Shown here: in pieces, positions 1 through 9,509 of the stretch
How positions within the stretch are numbered: the first letter of the stretch is position 1
Layout of the letters: every line of letters begins with the position of its first letter
NCBI GenBank assembly: GCA_021801565.1
Contig: JAJYXV010000003.1
Span: 68,894 to 132,893 of the forward strand
Length of the DNA stretch: 64,000 bases
Direction of reading: 5' to 3'
Source of the DNA: a bacterium
GTDB lineage: Bacteria > Patescibacteriota > Minisyncoccia > UBA6257 > GWB1-50-10
Translations under genes and position numbers: made by a program
Notes under the pieces: model-generated
The model's database searches: none
The model's input: only the letters and a program-made list of their open reading frames with translations
Told to the model about the DNA's origin: nothing

Positions 1-31
1 TTCTTCCGAAGAATATCGCCAAACAATAAAT

Positions 32-1237
32 ATGAACAAAGTGATTGAAAATATTGAGGTACGGCAAATATTTGATTCGCGCGGAGAACCGACGATTGAA
101 GTTGAGATTATGGGAAGTGGAGGAAAAAAATTTTTATCACAAATTCCTTCAGGAAAAAGCAGGGGGTCCCGAGAGGCAATGGTCTTTTCTTTTTCTGAGG
201 CATTAATTTCTGCCGCAACAATACGAAGCCTTATTATCGGAAGATCATTCCCGTCTATTCGAGAATTTGATGAATTTCTCCTAGGGGAGGATGAAACAAA
301 AAATAAATCAAAACTTGGGGGGAATGTGCTTCTCGGTGCTTCTATTGCGTTCGGGCGTCTTCTTTCTCATGTTGAAAATAAAGAATTATGGGAAGTTCTT
401 CAGGATGAATTTTTTGGTGAGTATAAAAAAGAGAGCTATCGCCCCACTATTTTTTCAAATGTGATAAATGGAGGGGTACACGCGGAAAATAATTTAGATA
501 TCCAAGAATTCATGGTGGTTGCCCGTCCTAAGAGATCGTATACAGAAACTATCGCACGGTTAGAGAAGTTTTATAGACATCTTGGTATCTTTTTAAAAGA
601 TAAAAATAAGGGCAAACATCCTCCGTTAGGAGATGAGGGTGGATATTCAATGAATTTCAATGATAATTTCGAACCGATACAAATTCTCCAAAGTATGATT
701 ATTGATGAGGGATTATCTGAGGTTTTTTCTGTTGGTCTTGATGTTGCAGCTTCTGGTTTATTCGAGAATCATCTATACCGTTTTGGGGGAAAGACTCTTT
801 CTTCTGAAAAATTACACGATGTATACAAAAAATATTTTGAGACAGCAGAGTTGTTATGTAGTATTGAAGATCCATTTGATGAATCCGACAAACATGGATT
901 TGCTTCTTTGAAAAAAACATTGGGGAATAAATGGGTGGTGGGAGATGATTTTACAGTGACCAGTTCGGAGCTCATACAAGAATATGCCGCAGAGAATTGT
1001 ATGAACGCAGTTATTATAAAACCAAACCAAATTGGAACGATATCGGAGACATGTAGGGCGATAAAAATTGCGCATGATTTGGGAATAAAGACAATTGTAT
1101 CTCATCGGTCGGGGGAAACCGAAGATGTGTTCATTATCCACCTCGCAAAAGCAGGGAATGTGCGAGGGGTGAAAATTGGAGCTCCGGTAAAGGAACGTAT
1201 CGCAAAATTTAACGAACTCATCCGTCTTTTTGATTAA
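32..1237 (+). CDS. eno: Enolase (phosphopyruvate hydratase)
   Basis: Motifs IFDSRGEPTIEVE, NVINGGVH, QEFM, GDEGG, GLDVAAS, IEDPF, IKPNQIGT, SHRSGET. Confidence 0.95.
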   Translation: MNKVIENIEVRQIFDSRGEPTIEVEIMGSGGKKFLSQIPSGKSRGSREAMVFSFSEALISAATIRSLIIGRSFPSIREFDEFLLGEDETKNKSKLGGNVLLGASIAFGRLLSHVENKELWEVLQDEFFGEYKKESYRPTIFSNVINGGVHAENNLDIQEFMVVARPKRSYTETIARLEKFYRHLGIFLKDKNKGKHPPLGDEGGYSMNFNDNFEPIQILQSMIIDEGLSEVFSVGLDVAASGLFENHLYRFGGKTLSSEKLHDVYKKYFETAELLCSIEDPFDESDKHGFASLKKTLGNKWVVGDDFTVTSSELIQEYAAENCMNAVIIKPNQIGTISETCRAIKIAHDLGIKTIVSHRSGETEDVFIIHLAKAGNVRGVKIGAPVKERIAKFNELIRLFD

Positions 1238-1242
1238 TTATA

Positions 1243-1965
1243 ATGACAGAAGAAAAGAGTGTACTATCAATTATTCTTGAAGAACCTGATTTTGTAATCG
1301 TAAACAAACCGATAGGTATACTTGTACATGGCTCTGCTCATCATCCAAGTGATGAAATAACGATGGTGGATTTACTTCGCAAAAAATATCCGGAGATAAA
1401 TACTGTGGGGGACGAACCACAGTTTCGTCCTGGAATTGTACATCGGCTTGATCGAGACACTTCAGGGGTGCTTGTGGTTGCGCGAACACAGAAGTTTTTT
1501 TTGTATATGAAGAAGTTACTTCAAGAAAGAATTGCAAAGAAAACATATATTGCACTTGTTCATGGGGTATTCGAGCGAAAGAACGGAGTGATTGATATGC
1601 CGATTGGATTGAAGCCGGGGACAACAAAACGAAGCACTCGTGCACGAAATATGAAAATGATAAAGCCGGCAATTACTGAATATAAAACGGTTGAGCAATT
1701 TGAATATGAAGGAGAGAAATTTTCTCTCGTTGAATTATTTCCAAAAACAGGACGAACGCATCAGTTGCGGGTTCATCTCGCAAGCGTGAACCACGCGATC
1801 GTAGGGGATCAGATGTATGGGAGAAAAGAAAATCCGTGGAGTCTTTCCCGCCAGTTTCTCCATGCTGATTCGATTGAATTTGAGTTACCTTCAGGGAAGC
1901 GCATACGCGCAAGTGCTGATTTACCCGATGATTTAGCAAATGTGTTGAAAAAATTAAGAAAATGA
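1243..1965 (+). CDS. rluD: RluA/RluD-family pseudouridine synthase (no S4 domain)
   Basis: VNKP, GIVHRLDRDTSG, TGRTHQLRVH, FLHA motifs. Confidence 0.9.
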   Translation: MTEEKSVLSIILEEPDFVIVNKPIGILVHGSAHHPSDEITMVDLLRKKYPEINTVGDEPQFRPGIVHRLDRDTSGVLVVARTQKFFLYMKKLLQERIAKKTYIALVHGVFERKNGVIDMPIGLKPGTTKRSTRARNMKMIKPAITEYKTVEQFEYEGEKFSLVELFPKTGRTHQLRVHLASVNHAIVGDQMYGRKENPWSLSRQFLHADSIEFELPSGKRIRASADLPDDLANVLKKLRK

Positions 1966-2122
1966 AGCTCCACGATTTTATACCTGCGTTTTTCATGTAG
2001 ATCGTTTTTGGTGGAGCGGAATTCCGCATTAAAAGTCACCTTCTCATTTGTATGCACTAATGGCTTTTTAGTGCGCGGATAAAAAATCCCCGGTATTTTG
2101 GGGATTTTTTAATATTTATATA

Positions 2123-2395
2123 CTAGCAGGAGCAGTGTTTCGCTTTTTTGCGGACAATACTTCCTGAATTATCAAGAAGAAGGAAGCTTCCATTTTTGAA
2201 CTTTTTCAAAACCTTTTTTATTTCTATATTTCTTCCGAATTTGTTTCGGAAGAATTTTTTTCGTTCCTCTCTTATCGGTGGATGAAGGGAGGTTGGGGGG
2301 AATATTGTGTTTTCTTGTGGTATTTCTCTTCTTCGTGTTTTATACAACACGAAGTAAATAAAAACTAGCATACCAATAAGAATTACTGCTATCAT
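2123..2395 (-). CDS. Small hypothetical protein with N-terminal membrane anchor
   Basis: 90-aa ORF, hydrophobic N-terminus, AAGGAG-like RBS upstream, hairpin terminator at ~2082-2110. Confidence 0.55.
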   Translation of the reverse strand: MIAVILIGMLVFIYFVLYKTRRREIPQENTIFPPTSLHPPIREERKKFFRNKFGRNIEIKKVLKKFKNGSFLLLDNSGSIVRKKAKHCSC

Positions 2396-2564
2396 AACCT
2401 TCTCCTTTTTGTTAAGTTTTCAAAAAATAGATCATTATTTTTTTACTGCTTTTGAGTGTAACATATAATAATATATATGTCAATAGCTGTTTTCATTTCG
2501 TTTTTTTATGTAAATAATGTGTGATTCTTGCTTAATTTTTGATTATTTGTATAATAATCAGGCT

Positions 2565-2888
2565 ATGGAAGCTCAAATTATAGAAAAAATAAAGCCTGGG
2601 GCAAAAATACGAGTGTGGGAACGCATAAAAGAAGGCGACAAAGAGCGCCAGAGTGCGTTTGAGGGAATCGTACTTGCAAGGAAACATGGCGTGGAATCGG
2701 GTGCAACATTTACTGTGCGTGCAATATTGCAAGAAGTTGGGGTTGAAAAAGTGTACCCGATTAATTCTCCAAATATTGCAAAAATTGAAATTATTTCTGC
2801 ACCAAAAAAAGTGAGACGATCGAAATTGTATTTCTTGAGGGATCTTTCAAGTAAGAAAGTAAGAGAAAAATTGAGACTTACCACATAA
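2565..2888 (+). CDS. rplS: 50S ribosomal protein L19
   Basis: KEGDKERQSAFEG, TFTVR, GVEKVYP, VRRSKLYFLR; start moved to ATG 2565. Confidence 0.95.
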   Translation: MEAQIIEKIKPGAKIRVWERIKEGDKERQSAFEGIVLARKHGVESGATFTVRAILQEVGVEKVYPINSPNIAKIEIISAPKKVRRSKLYFLRDLSSKKVREKLRLTT

Positions 2889-2922
2889 TACAAAATCTCC
2901 GTTCGAACACCGGGGATTTTAT

Positions 2923-2951
2923 TTGAAAAAAGTAGTAGGGGTGATTATAAT
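2923..2951 (+). promoter_or_regulatory. Sigma70-like promoter upstream of tRNA-Leu relic/GIY-YIG/tRNA-Leu unit
   Basis: TTGAAA-17 nt-TATAAT. Confidence 0.6.
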
Positions 2952-2971
2952 GAAAAACACTCCTTGAATAT

Positions 2972-3038
2972 GCGCGGGTGCCCGCCCATGGCGGATAAGG
3001 CGAAGTGGCAGATTTAACCGCCTTTGGCGGTCGCACTA
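2972..3038 (+). pseudogene. Duplicated 5' part of tRNA-Leu(GAG) interrupted by two 19-bp palindromic inserts
   Basis: GCGCGGGTG[cccgcccatggcggataag]GCGAAGTGGCAGA[tttaaccgcctttggcggt]CGCACTA versus intact tRNA GCGCGGGTGGCGAAACTGGCAGACGCACTA. Confidence 0.85.
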
Positions 3039-3280
3039 TGGAAGTAATAGTGTATTCAATAAAAAGTTTGAAAGATGGATATCGGTATGTCGGAATTACG
3101 AAAAATCTAGAAGATAGATTGAAGAGGCATAATGGGGGTCATAATATTAGTACCGCGTCCCACGCCCCATTTCAGTTGATTTATGAAGAAGTGTTTTCAT
3201 CTTATAACGATGCAAGAAAAAAAGAGAAATTTTTAAAAAGTGGAGTTGGACGAAAGTTTTTGGATACTTTAATATCTTAA
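3038..3280 (+). CDS. Stand-alone GIY-YIG nuclease (~80 aa)
   Basis: VYSIKS..YRYVGIT.NLEDRLKRHN.G..ST....P..LIYEE.F....AR.KE..LKSG.GR is the short GIY-YIG pattern. Confidence 0.9.
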   Translation: MEVIVYSIKSLKDGYRYVGITKNLEDRLKRHNGGHNISTASHAPFQLIYEEVFSSYNDARKKEKFLKSGVGRKFLDTLIS

Positions 3281-3285
3281 GATAT

Positions 3286-3372
3286 GCGCGGGTGGCGAAA
3301 CTGGCAGACGCACTACCTTGAGGTGGTAGCGCCCGCAAGGGCTTGGAGGTTCAAATCCTCTCCCGCGCACCA
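3286..3372 (+). tRNA. tRNA-Leu(GAG)
   Basis: Acceptor GCGCGGG/CCCGCGC, anticodon arm CTACC-TTGAGGT-GGTAG, long variable arm, GGTTCAAATCC, encoded CCA. Confidence 0.95.
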
Positions 3373-3373
3373 G

Positions 3374-3413
3374 AATACAAAAGGAAAGAATTTTAATTCT
3401 TTCCTTTTGTATT
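3374..3413. terminator. 19-bp-stem AT-rich hairpin after tRNA-Leu
   Basis: AATACAAAAGGAAAGAATT-TT-AATTCTTTCCTTTTGTATT. Confidence 0.6.
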
Positions 3414-3426
3414 TATAGATATGTGA

Positions 3427-3528
3427 AGGATTTGAATGAGAAGGGGGTCGGGGGAACGGAAGTTTCCCCGTGTAAGAAAATACTAAAAACCGAGAGGTTG
3501 TTAGGGAGCGAAGCGACGTTCAAATCCT
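3427..3528 (+). repeat. Structured repeat motif, copy 1
   Basis: Shares AAGGGGGTCGGGG, GTTTCCYCGTG, AAACC..GGTT..TA and GGAGYGAAGCGA blocks with 9278-9392; closed by AGGATTTGAA/TTCAAATCCT. Confidence 0.65.
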
Positions 3529-3559
3529 CCGCCAGAGGCGGACAAGTCTCCCGCGCACC
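3518..3559 (+). pseudogene. Duplicated 3' end of tRNA-Leu interrupted by a 19-bp palindromic insert
   Basis: GTTCAAATCCT[ccgccagaggcggacaagt]CTCCCGCGCACC versus tRNA 3' end GTTCAAATCCTCTCCCGCGCACCA. Confidence 0.85.
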
Positions 3560-3625
3560 GGATTATTTGAAGTGATTTGAATAGATGGGAAATTAGAAAG
3601 TTGATGAGTTTGATATAATGAACTC

Positions 3626-4768
3626 ATGAAGAAGAGTCAATTTATTGTTTTTGGTATTGTGCTTATAGTACTCTGTGTTGGAGGATATTTTGTCTTTTCG
3701 TACTTTGAAGAATGGCTCCCGTCTTCACCCACTTTTGATACATATAATCTCCCACCAAATTCCTCTACAACAGGAGATAATATTTCAGATAGTATGGTGA
3801 AAGATCCTTATGCAGGATGGAAAATATACACAAATGAAAAATATGGATACTCGATACATTACCCTGGAAATTGGTATGTCGACACGCGCTTTTCGAATAG
3901 AGATTTCAGCACGCGCGGAAGTGGTGATGTGATGGGCGGGGATACGCTGTTCGCAAATTACGAGAATGGCTATGATTACGACATTACGAATATGCCACGG
4001 GATTTCGATTCAATACAGCTTCTCATTTATAAAACCGATCCAAAGATTGTTTTTCTTGATGATTACGTGAAGACGATCAATTTTGTTGGGTTGTATACAA
4101 AAGAAGATATAATGATCCATGGCGTTCCGGGGCTCAAGCTTACCTTCAGTAAAGACAGAGAGCAGCCATCCGCGGATGCAGTAGTATTTTTAAAGATCAA
4201 TGATAGGGTGTTCAACTTCAGTATACGAGATTCCGCGATAAAAGAACTCATAACCAACTCCTTCCGTCCAAGCGAAAAAAATATGCTTCTTTTAAAACTC
4301 CTTAATCAGCATTTTCCTCCATTTGGAATAGTGGATACACCATTCGCATTTATAAACGGGGGATATAAATATTCATACTGTGGAGGAAAGATGCTTGGTG
4401 AAGAGGACTGCAAGAACAATCCAATATATCAAAATACAACAAGCATATATCTTGACGAAGGTGTGCTCTCGTTTGAAAAAACACAAAATGGGATATATTA
4501 TGTCGCAACGATCGTCACGTTCAATGCCGGAGGAACAGGTCAATATAAATATCTTGTCCTTTTGAACGGAACCCCCGATTCCGATCTTTCGTATGTCGCA
4601 AGTGTAGATCTTGGTGATAGGGTGCAAATACACAGTATCTCATTTTCCGAGGGGAAAATTGTTCTCGATATGAATATACATGGACCAAATGATGGACTAT
4701 GTTGTCCAAGTGTTCGTACAACGAAAATATTCGAATTACAGGGAGGAAATTTAATGGAAGTCCATTAA
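3626..4768 (+). CDS. Membrane-anchored exported protein (PsbP-like domain plus C-terminal LppP/LprE-like region)
   Basis: N-terminal TM, WKIYTNEKYGYSIHYP motif, C-terminal GGTG...LGDRV...CCPS. Confidence 0.6.
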   Translation: MKKSQFIVFGIVLIVLCVGGYFVFSYFEEWLPSSPTFDTYNLPPNSSTTGDNISDSMVKDPYAGWKIYTNEKYGYSIHYPGNWYVDTRFSNRDFSTRGSGDVMGGDTLFANYENGYDYDITNMPRDFDSIQLLIYKTDPKIVFLDDYVKTINFVGLYTKEDIMIHGVPGLKLTFSKDREQPSADAVVFLKINDRVFNFSIRDSAIKELITNSFRPSEKNMLLLKLLNQHFPPFGIVDTPFAFINGGYKYSYCGGKMLGEEDCKNNPIYQNTTSIYLDEGVLSFEKTQNGIYYVATIVTFNAGGTGQYKYLVLLNGTPDSDLSYVASVDLGDRVQIHSISFSEGKIVLDMNIHGPNDGLCCPSVRTTKIFELQGGNLMEVH

Positions 4769-4877
4769 TCGGAGTTGATTTAATAGTAGTTTCTATTCAA
4801 GATAGATTATTGACTAAACGTTATTTTTACTTTATCGTATCTATAGCGATTTTTTAACTATACATGTGGAGGTTATC

Positions 4878-5453
4878 ATGATTCTCGTGGCATTTGAGGG
4901 ACCTTCCGGGAGCGGGAAGAGTACCGCAATTTTGAATGCAAAAAAGTGTTTTGAGACGCACGGATACAGAGTTAGAGTTGTTGATACGGATTCCGGTATG
5001 CGCAGAGACACGTTGAAAAAGATTGCAAAAAAACTTTCCTCGAATAACCCTCTTCGCACGCTTATTTTTTGGATCTTTCGTTTTAGAGAGGCAAAAAAAA
5101 TAAGGAGGATACAAAATAATTATGATCTTATCCTCGCAGACCGATATGTTGGAACTCCATACGTATTTTCGATATGTAGTGGTATTCCAGAAAAGATAGT
5201 TAGGTGGCTCTATTTCGCGATTAATCCAAAGCCAAATCTTACCCTCTTTTTCAATGTATCACTTCCGGAGATAAGGAAACGTAAGCTTTCTGAGACGAAT
5301 GCAAAAAGCAAAGATGGATTTTCAAAACTTCTCTCTTTTCAATATCGACGCGTTGCGAAAAAATTTAATTGGCAATTAATTGATGCGTCGCAAACTGAGA
5401 ATGAGGTGGCGACGGATTGCATCGCATTCATTTTTGAAAAAATGAACAAATAA
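4878..5453 (+). CDS. tmk: Thymidylate kinase-like protein
   Basis: [12 protein letters not shown]-loop, ADRY, PNLTLFF, IDASQ. Confidence 0.75.
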   Translation: MILVAFEGPSGSGKSTAILNAKKCFETHGYRVRVVDTDSGMRRDTLKKIAKKLSSNNPLRTLIFWIFRFREAKKIRRIQNNYDLILADRYVGTPYVFSICSGIPEKIVRWLYFAINPKPNLTLFFNVSLPEIRKRKLSETNAKSKDGFSKLLSFQYRRVAKKFNWQLIDASQTENEVATDCIAFIFEKMNK

Positions 5454-5521
5454 AAACCTAGTATTATAAGTACTAGGTTTTTTGGTATAATGAATACAGA
5501 TAATTTATATATGGAGGGATA

Positions 5522-5854
5522 GTGGAGAAGAATATAAAATTTCTTTGTGAACACTGTGAAGTGATTGCAGAGCATAAACTTTTTTTTCCAATGCGTGGGA
5601 GGGGAGTAATTCAATACGTTTCTGTGTGCAGTGTATGCATGTCGGTTTCTTTGCATGGTGTAAAAGCAGAAGAAAGTGAAATAAGGGCAATTGAGCACAT
5701 ACATTTTCTTTGTGGTGTATGCAACATGCGGGTACGCGGAAAAATTATTTCAGAAAAGGAAGAGAGTACTGAATATAAGGGCAAAAGAGAAAAATATATC
5801 GAAATTATAGTTCAATGCTTAAGGTGTCACAAAACGAAGAAATTAGCCCTCTAA
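5522..5854 (+). CDS. Hypothetical protein with four CxxC motifs (double zinc ribbon-like)
   Basis: CEHC, CSVC, CGVC, CLRC; GGAGG RBS upstream. Confidence 0.6.
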   Translation: MEKNIKFLCEHCEVIAEHKLFFPMRGRGVIQYVSVCSVCMSVSLHGVKAEESEIRAIEHIHFLCGVCNMRVRGKIISEKEESTEYKGKREKYIEIIVQCLRCHKTKKLAL

Positions 5855-6008
5855 AATTAAACAAAATGAGTCTTGAAAATTAAGCTCATTTTTTTATTAT
5901 TATATATCGAAATATTTCAGTAAAAATGAGCCTTTTTTCCTCTTTTGAAGCTTCCATTTTTATGTAAAATTTGATAGAATGAAAAGGTGCCAAGAAGGCA
6001 TTATTTTT

Positions 6009-7946
6009 ATGGCAAAGGAAACGAAAAAAGATGAAAAAAAGATCCAATCTTCCTCATATAGTGCAAAAGATATATATGTTCTTGAGGGACTTGATCCAGT
6101 GAGAAAAAGGCCAGGAATGTATATCGGTTCAACCGGTGTCGACGGACTGCATCATTTAATTTGGGAAATTGTGGACAATTCACTCGACGAGGCAATTGGA
6201 GGATATGCAAAAAAAATTACACTTGAGCTTTTGAAAGATGGGGTTGTATCTGTCACCGATGACGGGCGAGGTATCCCGGTTGATATACATCCGCAAACAA
6301 AAAAATCAGCACTTGAAACGGCATTGTGCACACTTCATGCGGGAGGAAAATTCGGAGGAGATTCATACAAAATTTCTTCAGGACTTCACGGAGTCGGTGT
6401 TTCTGTGGTAAATGCACTTTCCACATGGATGAAAGCAGAAATTCATAAAGACGGAGGAATTTATGTACAAGAATATAAAAAAGGGATTCCGCAATATAGT
6501 GTAAAAAAAATCGGGAAATCGGAGAGAACAGGAACAAAAATAACGTTTCAAGCGGATCCGACGATTTTTCAAAAAATTGAATTTGATACAAAAAAAATTA
6601 CCGACCATCTCCGTCAGCAGGCATATCTGACAAAAGGAATTCATATCGACATTATTGATACGAGAAAAGGACAACCGATATTTTATGGCTTCTATTTTGA
6701 CGGTGGATTAAAATCATTTCTTCATTATTTGGTAAGTGAGACGGAAGAGATTATTCAAGATGAAGCGTTTTATGTGCATAAAGAAATGGAAAAAATCGAT
6801 ATTGAAGCGTCATTTCTTTACACAAGCGATGTAGAAAGCGAAGAGATGAGTTTTGCAAACAATATTTATACCACAGATGGGGGGATGCATCTTACTGGAT
6901 TTCGTTCCGCACTTACTCGATCGTTAAATGATTATGCAAGACAAAACGGCTTTCTCAAAGATGCTGATGAAAATCTTACTGGTGACGATGTTCGTGAGGG
7001 ACTTATTGCACTTGTTTCTGTAAAACTACGCGAACCTCAGTTTGAAGGACAAACAAAAGCGCGACTGGGAAATCCAGAGGCACGTACTGCAGTTGAAACA
7101 GCGGTAAACGAAGCACTTAAAGAATTTCTCGAAAAAAGATCATCTGACGCACGACGTATTATCGAAAAAAATCTTCTTGCCGCGAAAGCGCGAAAAGCGG
7201 CAAAAGCCGCGAAAGATACAGTACTTCGCAAAGGTGCGCTGGAGGGACTCACGCTCCCAGGAAAATTAGCTGATTGTTCATCGCGGAAGGCGGAGGAATC
7301 AGAACTTTTTATTGTTGAAGGAGATTCAGCGGGCGGTTCGTGTAAACAAGGAAGGGACAGAAAAACACAGGCAATTTTGCCTTTGCGAGGAAAAATTTTG
7401 AATGTTGAGAAATCACGCGTGGATAAAATGCTTTTAAACAAAGAAGTGCGTTCGCTTGTTGTTGCGTTAGGGACTGCAATTTCTGATAAATTTGATATTT
7501 CAAAACTTCGGTATCATAAAGTTATTTTAATGGCTGATGCCGATGTTGATGGTGCTCATATTACAACACTTCTTCTCACGCTATTCTATCGTTACTTCAG
7601 ACAGATTATTGAAGGCGGGTATCTTTATATTGCGCAACCACCACTTTTCCGTGTACAAAAAGGAAAGGATATTCGATATGCATATACCGAAGAGGAAAGA
7701 GATAAAACACTGAAATCGTTCGGGGGAGAAGGATCGGTACAGCGATATAAGGGTTTAGGAGAAATGAATCCAGATCAATTATGGGAGACAACAATGAATC
7801 CAGAAAACAGAATGTTGAAACGCGTATCTATTAATGATGTGATACAAGCAGATAAACTTTTTGATATTCTCATGGGAGAAGCAGTTGAACCACGTAAGAA
7901 ATTTATACAGGCCCATGCGAGTACTGTGCAAAATCTTGACATTTAA
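6009..7946 (+). CDS. gyrB: DNA gyrase subunit B
   Basis: [56 protein letters not shown]. Confidence 0.97.
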   Translation: MAKETKKDEKKIQSSSYSAKDIYVLEGLDPVRKRPGMYIGSTGVDGLHHLIWEIVDNSLDEAIGGYAKKITLELLKDGVVSVTDDGRGIPVDIHPQTKKSALETALCTLHAGGKFGGDSYKISSGLHGVGVSVVNALSTWMKAEIHKDGGIYVQEYKKGIPQYSVKKIGKSERTGTKITFQADPTIFQKIEFDTKKITDHLRQQAYLTKGIHIDIIDTRKGQPIFYGFYFDGGLKSFLHYLVSETEEIIQDEAFYVHKEMEKIDIEASFLYTSDVESEEMSFANNIYTTDGGMHLTGFRSALTRSLNDYARQNGFLKDADENLTGDDVREGLIALVSVKLREPQFEGQTKARLGNPEARTAVETAVNEALKEFLEKRSSDARRIIEKNLLAAKARKAAKAAKDTVLRKGALEGLTLPGKLADCSSRKAEESELFIVEGDSAGGSCKQGRDRKTQAILPLRGKILNVEKSRVDKMLLNKEVRSLVVALGTAISDKFDISKLRYHKVILMADADVDGAHITTLLLTLFYRYFRQIIEGGYLYIAQPPLFRVQKGKDIRYAYTEEERDKTLKSFGGEGSVQRYKGLGEMNPDQLWETTMNPENRMLKRVSINDVIQADKLFDILMGEAVEPRKKFIQAHASTVQNLDI

Positions 7947-7979
7947 CTTTCTAAATCTTAATCTAAGCACACATACACA

Positions 7980-8171
7980 TTGTCTATGTTTGAACGTATT
8001 AACATATTTTTACAGGAATCACGTCAGGAATTAAAACGGGTGAATTGGCCGACACGTGCAGAAACCGTAAGATATACACTTTTTGTTATCGGATTTTCTG
8101 TAGGTATTGCAATTCTTTTAGGGATTGTTGATTTTATTTTTCTTCAGGTACTTGACCGCCTTGTTGTGTAA
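7980..8171 (+). CDS. secE: Preprotein translocase SecE
   Basis: ELKRVNWPTR plus one TM; upstream of nusG. Confidence 0.92.
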   Translation: MSMFERINIFLQESRQELKRVNWPTRAETVRYTLFVIGFSVGIAILLGIVDFIFLQVLDRLVV

Positions 8172-8181
8172 TATAACCACT

Positions 8182-8745
8182 ATGAATAAGAATATTTATA
8201 ATCAAAAAGAAGAAAAGGTGGAACGGAAGTGGTATGCAATACATACGTACTCCGGATATGAAGATGCAGTAGCACGTTATTTAAAACAGCGTGTTGAGTC
8301 ATTACTTATGGGAGATAAAATTTTTGATGTTGTTGTTCCAAAAGAAGTAAAAATAAAAGTAAAAAATGGAAAACGACATGCAACAGAAGAAAAAATTTAT
8401 CCCGGATACGTATTGGTAAATATGATTATGGATCATGATTCGTGGTCAGTGGTGCGAAATACTCCTCGTGTGACGGGATTTGTAGGGGCTGATTCAACAA
8501 CACCAACACCACTTTCAAAAGAAGAAATTGATGAACTTATGTCGAAGATGGGCCCGCAAGAGCCGCGTTTTAATGTTGATTTGAAGAAAAATGATTTAGT
8601 TCGTATTAGTGATGGACCATTTCGAGATTATGAAGGAAAAGTTGCAGATATTGATGAAGAGCGCGGGAAGGTAAAAGTGATTGTCTCGATATTTAATCGA
8701 GATACGGTTGTAGAACTTGATTCTCTCCAAGTTGCGAAGATGTAA
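8182..8745 (+). CDS. nusG: Transcription factor NusG
   Basis: WYAIHTYSGYE, YPGYVLV, TPRVTGFVG, KOW GPF motif. Confidence 0.96.
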   Translation: MNKNIYNQKEEKVERKWYAIHTYSGYEDAVARYLKQRVESLLMGDKIFDVVVPKEVKIKVKNGKRHATEEKIYPGYVLVNMIMDHDSWSVVRNTPRVTGFVGADSTTPTPLSKEEIDELMSKMGPQEPRFNVDLKKNDLVRISDGPFRDYEGKVADIDEERGKVKVIVSIFNRDTVVELDSLQVAKM

Positions 8746-8805
8746 AAAAATTTTGACTGAGAGAAGAAAATACGCTACTATCTTTGGGCACGTGAGGTAA
8801 TATAT

Positions 8806-9234
8806 ATGGCAACAAAACCAATAAAAACAGTACTAAAACTTCAAATTGAAGCGGGGAAAGCGAATCCGGCACCGCCAATTGGACCGGCACTTGGTCAACA
8901 TGGAGTGAATATCCAGCAATTCTGTCAGCAGTTTAATGAGGCAACAAAGGATATGATGGGCGATATTGTTCCCGCTGAGATTACGATTTATCAAGACAGG
9001 ACATTTGATTTTAAATTAAAAACATCTCCTGCCTCGGCGCTACTTAGAAAGGCAGCAGGAATTCCGAAAGGCTCACCAATTCCTCATAAGCAAAAAGTAG
9101 GAAAAGTGACAAAAACACAACTTCGTGAGATTGCAGAGAAGAAAATGGTTGATTTGAATGCAAATGATGTAGAAGCAGCAATGAAAATTATTGAAGGAAG
9201 TGCCCGCAACATGGGAATTGAAATTATAGATTAG
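8806..9234 (+). CDS. rplK: 50S ribosomal protein L11
   Basis: [25 protein letters not shown]. Confidence 0.97.
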   Translation: MATKPIKTVLKLQIEAGKANPAPPIGPALGQHGVNIQQFCQQFNEATKDMMGDIVPAEITIYQDRTFDFKLKTSPASALLRKAAGIPKGSPIPHKQKVGKVTKTQLREIAEKKMVDLNANDVEAAMKIIEGSARNMGIEIID

Positions 9235-9236
9235 AA

Positions 9237-9263
9237 AAAATCCTGCTTCTGGCAGGATTTTTT
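9237..9263 (+). terminator. Rho-independent terminator directly after rplK
   Basis: AAAATCCTGC-TTCTG-GCAGGATTTT followed by a T run. Confidence 0.75.
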
Positions 9264-9277
9264 AATATTTGAATTTT

Positions 9278-9392
9278 ATGTTGCGGAAAGGGGGTCGGGG
9301 AAAAACAAATGTGTTTCCTCGTGAAGGAAATAGCCTGCTTTATGCGGGCGTTTAGAAACCGTGGGTTTCTAAGGAGTGAAGCGATGCAACAT
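9278..9392 (+). repeat. Structured repeat motif, copy 2
   Basis: Same internal blocks as 3427-3528; closed by a different outer stem ATGTTGC/GCAACAT; extra GCCTGC..GCGGGC hairpin. Confidence 0.65.
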
Positions 9393-9509
9393 GGGTGTCA
9401 AAATCATTGATTAAAACCGCCTCTCAGGCGGTTTTTTTGTTTGACTTTATTTTTCTCTATGAGAGGATAAATATAGTTTTTATCATTAATATATAATGGA
9501 GGTAACATT

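Noticed and set aside
32-1237. Enolase as a pseudogene, because of the PSGKS loop and short C-terminus
   Set aside because: The ORF is intact and the catalytic and metal-binding motifs are present; divergence alone is not evidence of inactivation.
2972-3372. Group I intron with a homing endonuclease inside tRNA-Leu
   Set aside because: The downstream tRNA is complete by itself, no room or motif for an intron core exists around the 243-bp ORF, and the upstream piece is a redundant duplicate rather than an exon.
9414-9438. AAAACCGCC-TCTCA-GGCGGTTTT as another member of the 19-bp insert family
   Set aside because: It has a 5-nt loop with A and T tracts and is adequately explained as an intrinsic terminator; no interrupted target is visible.
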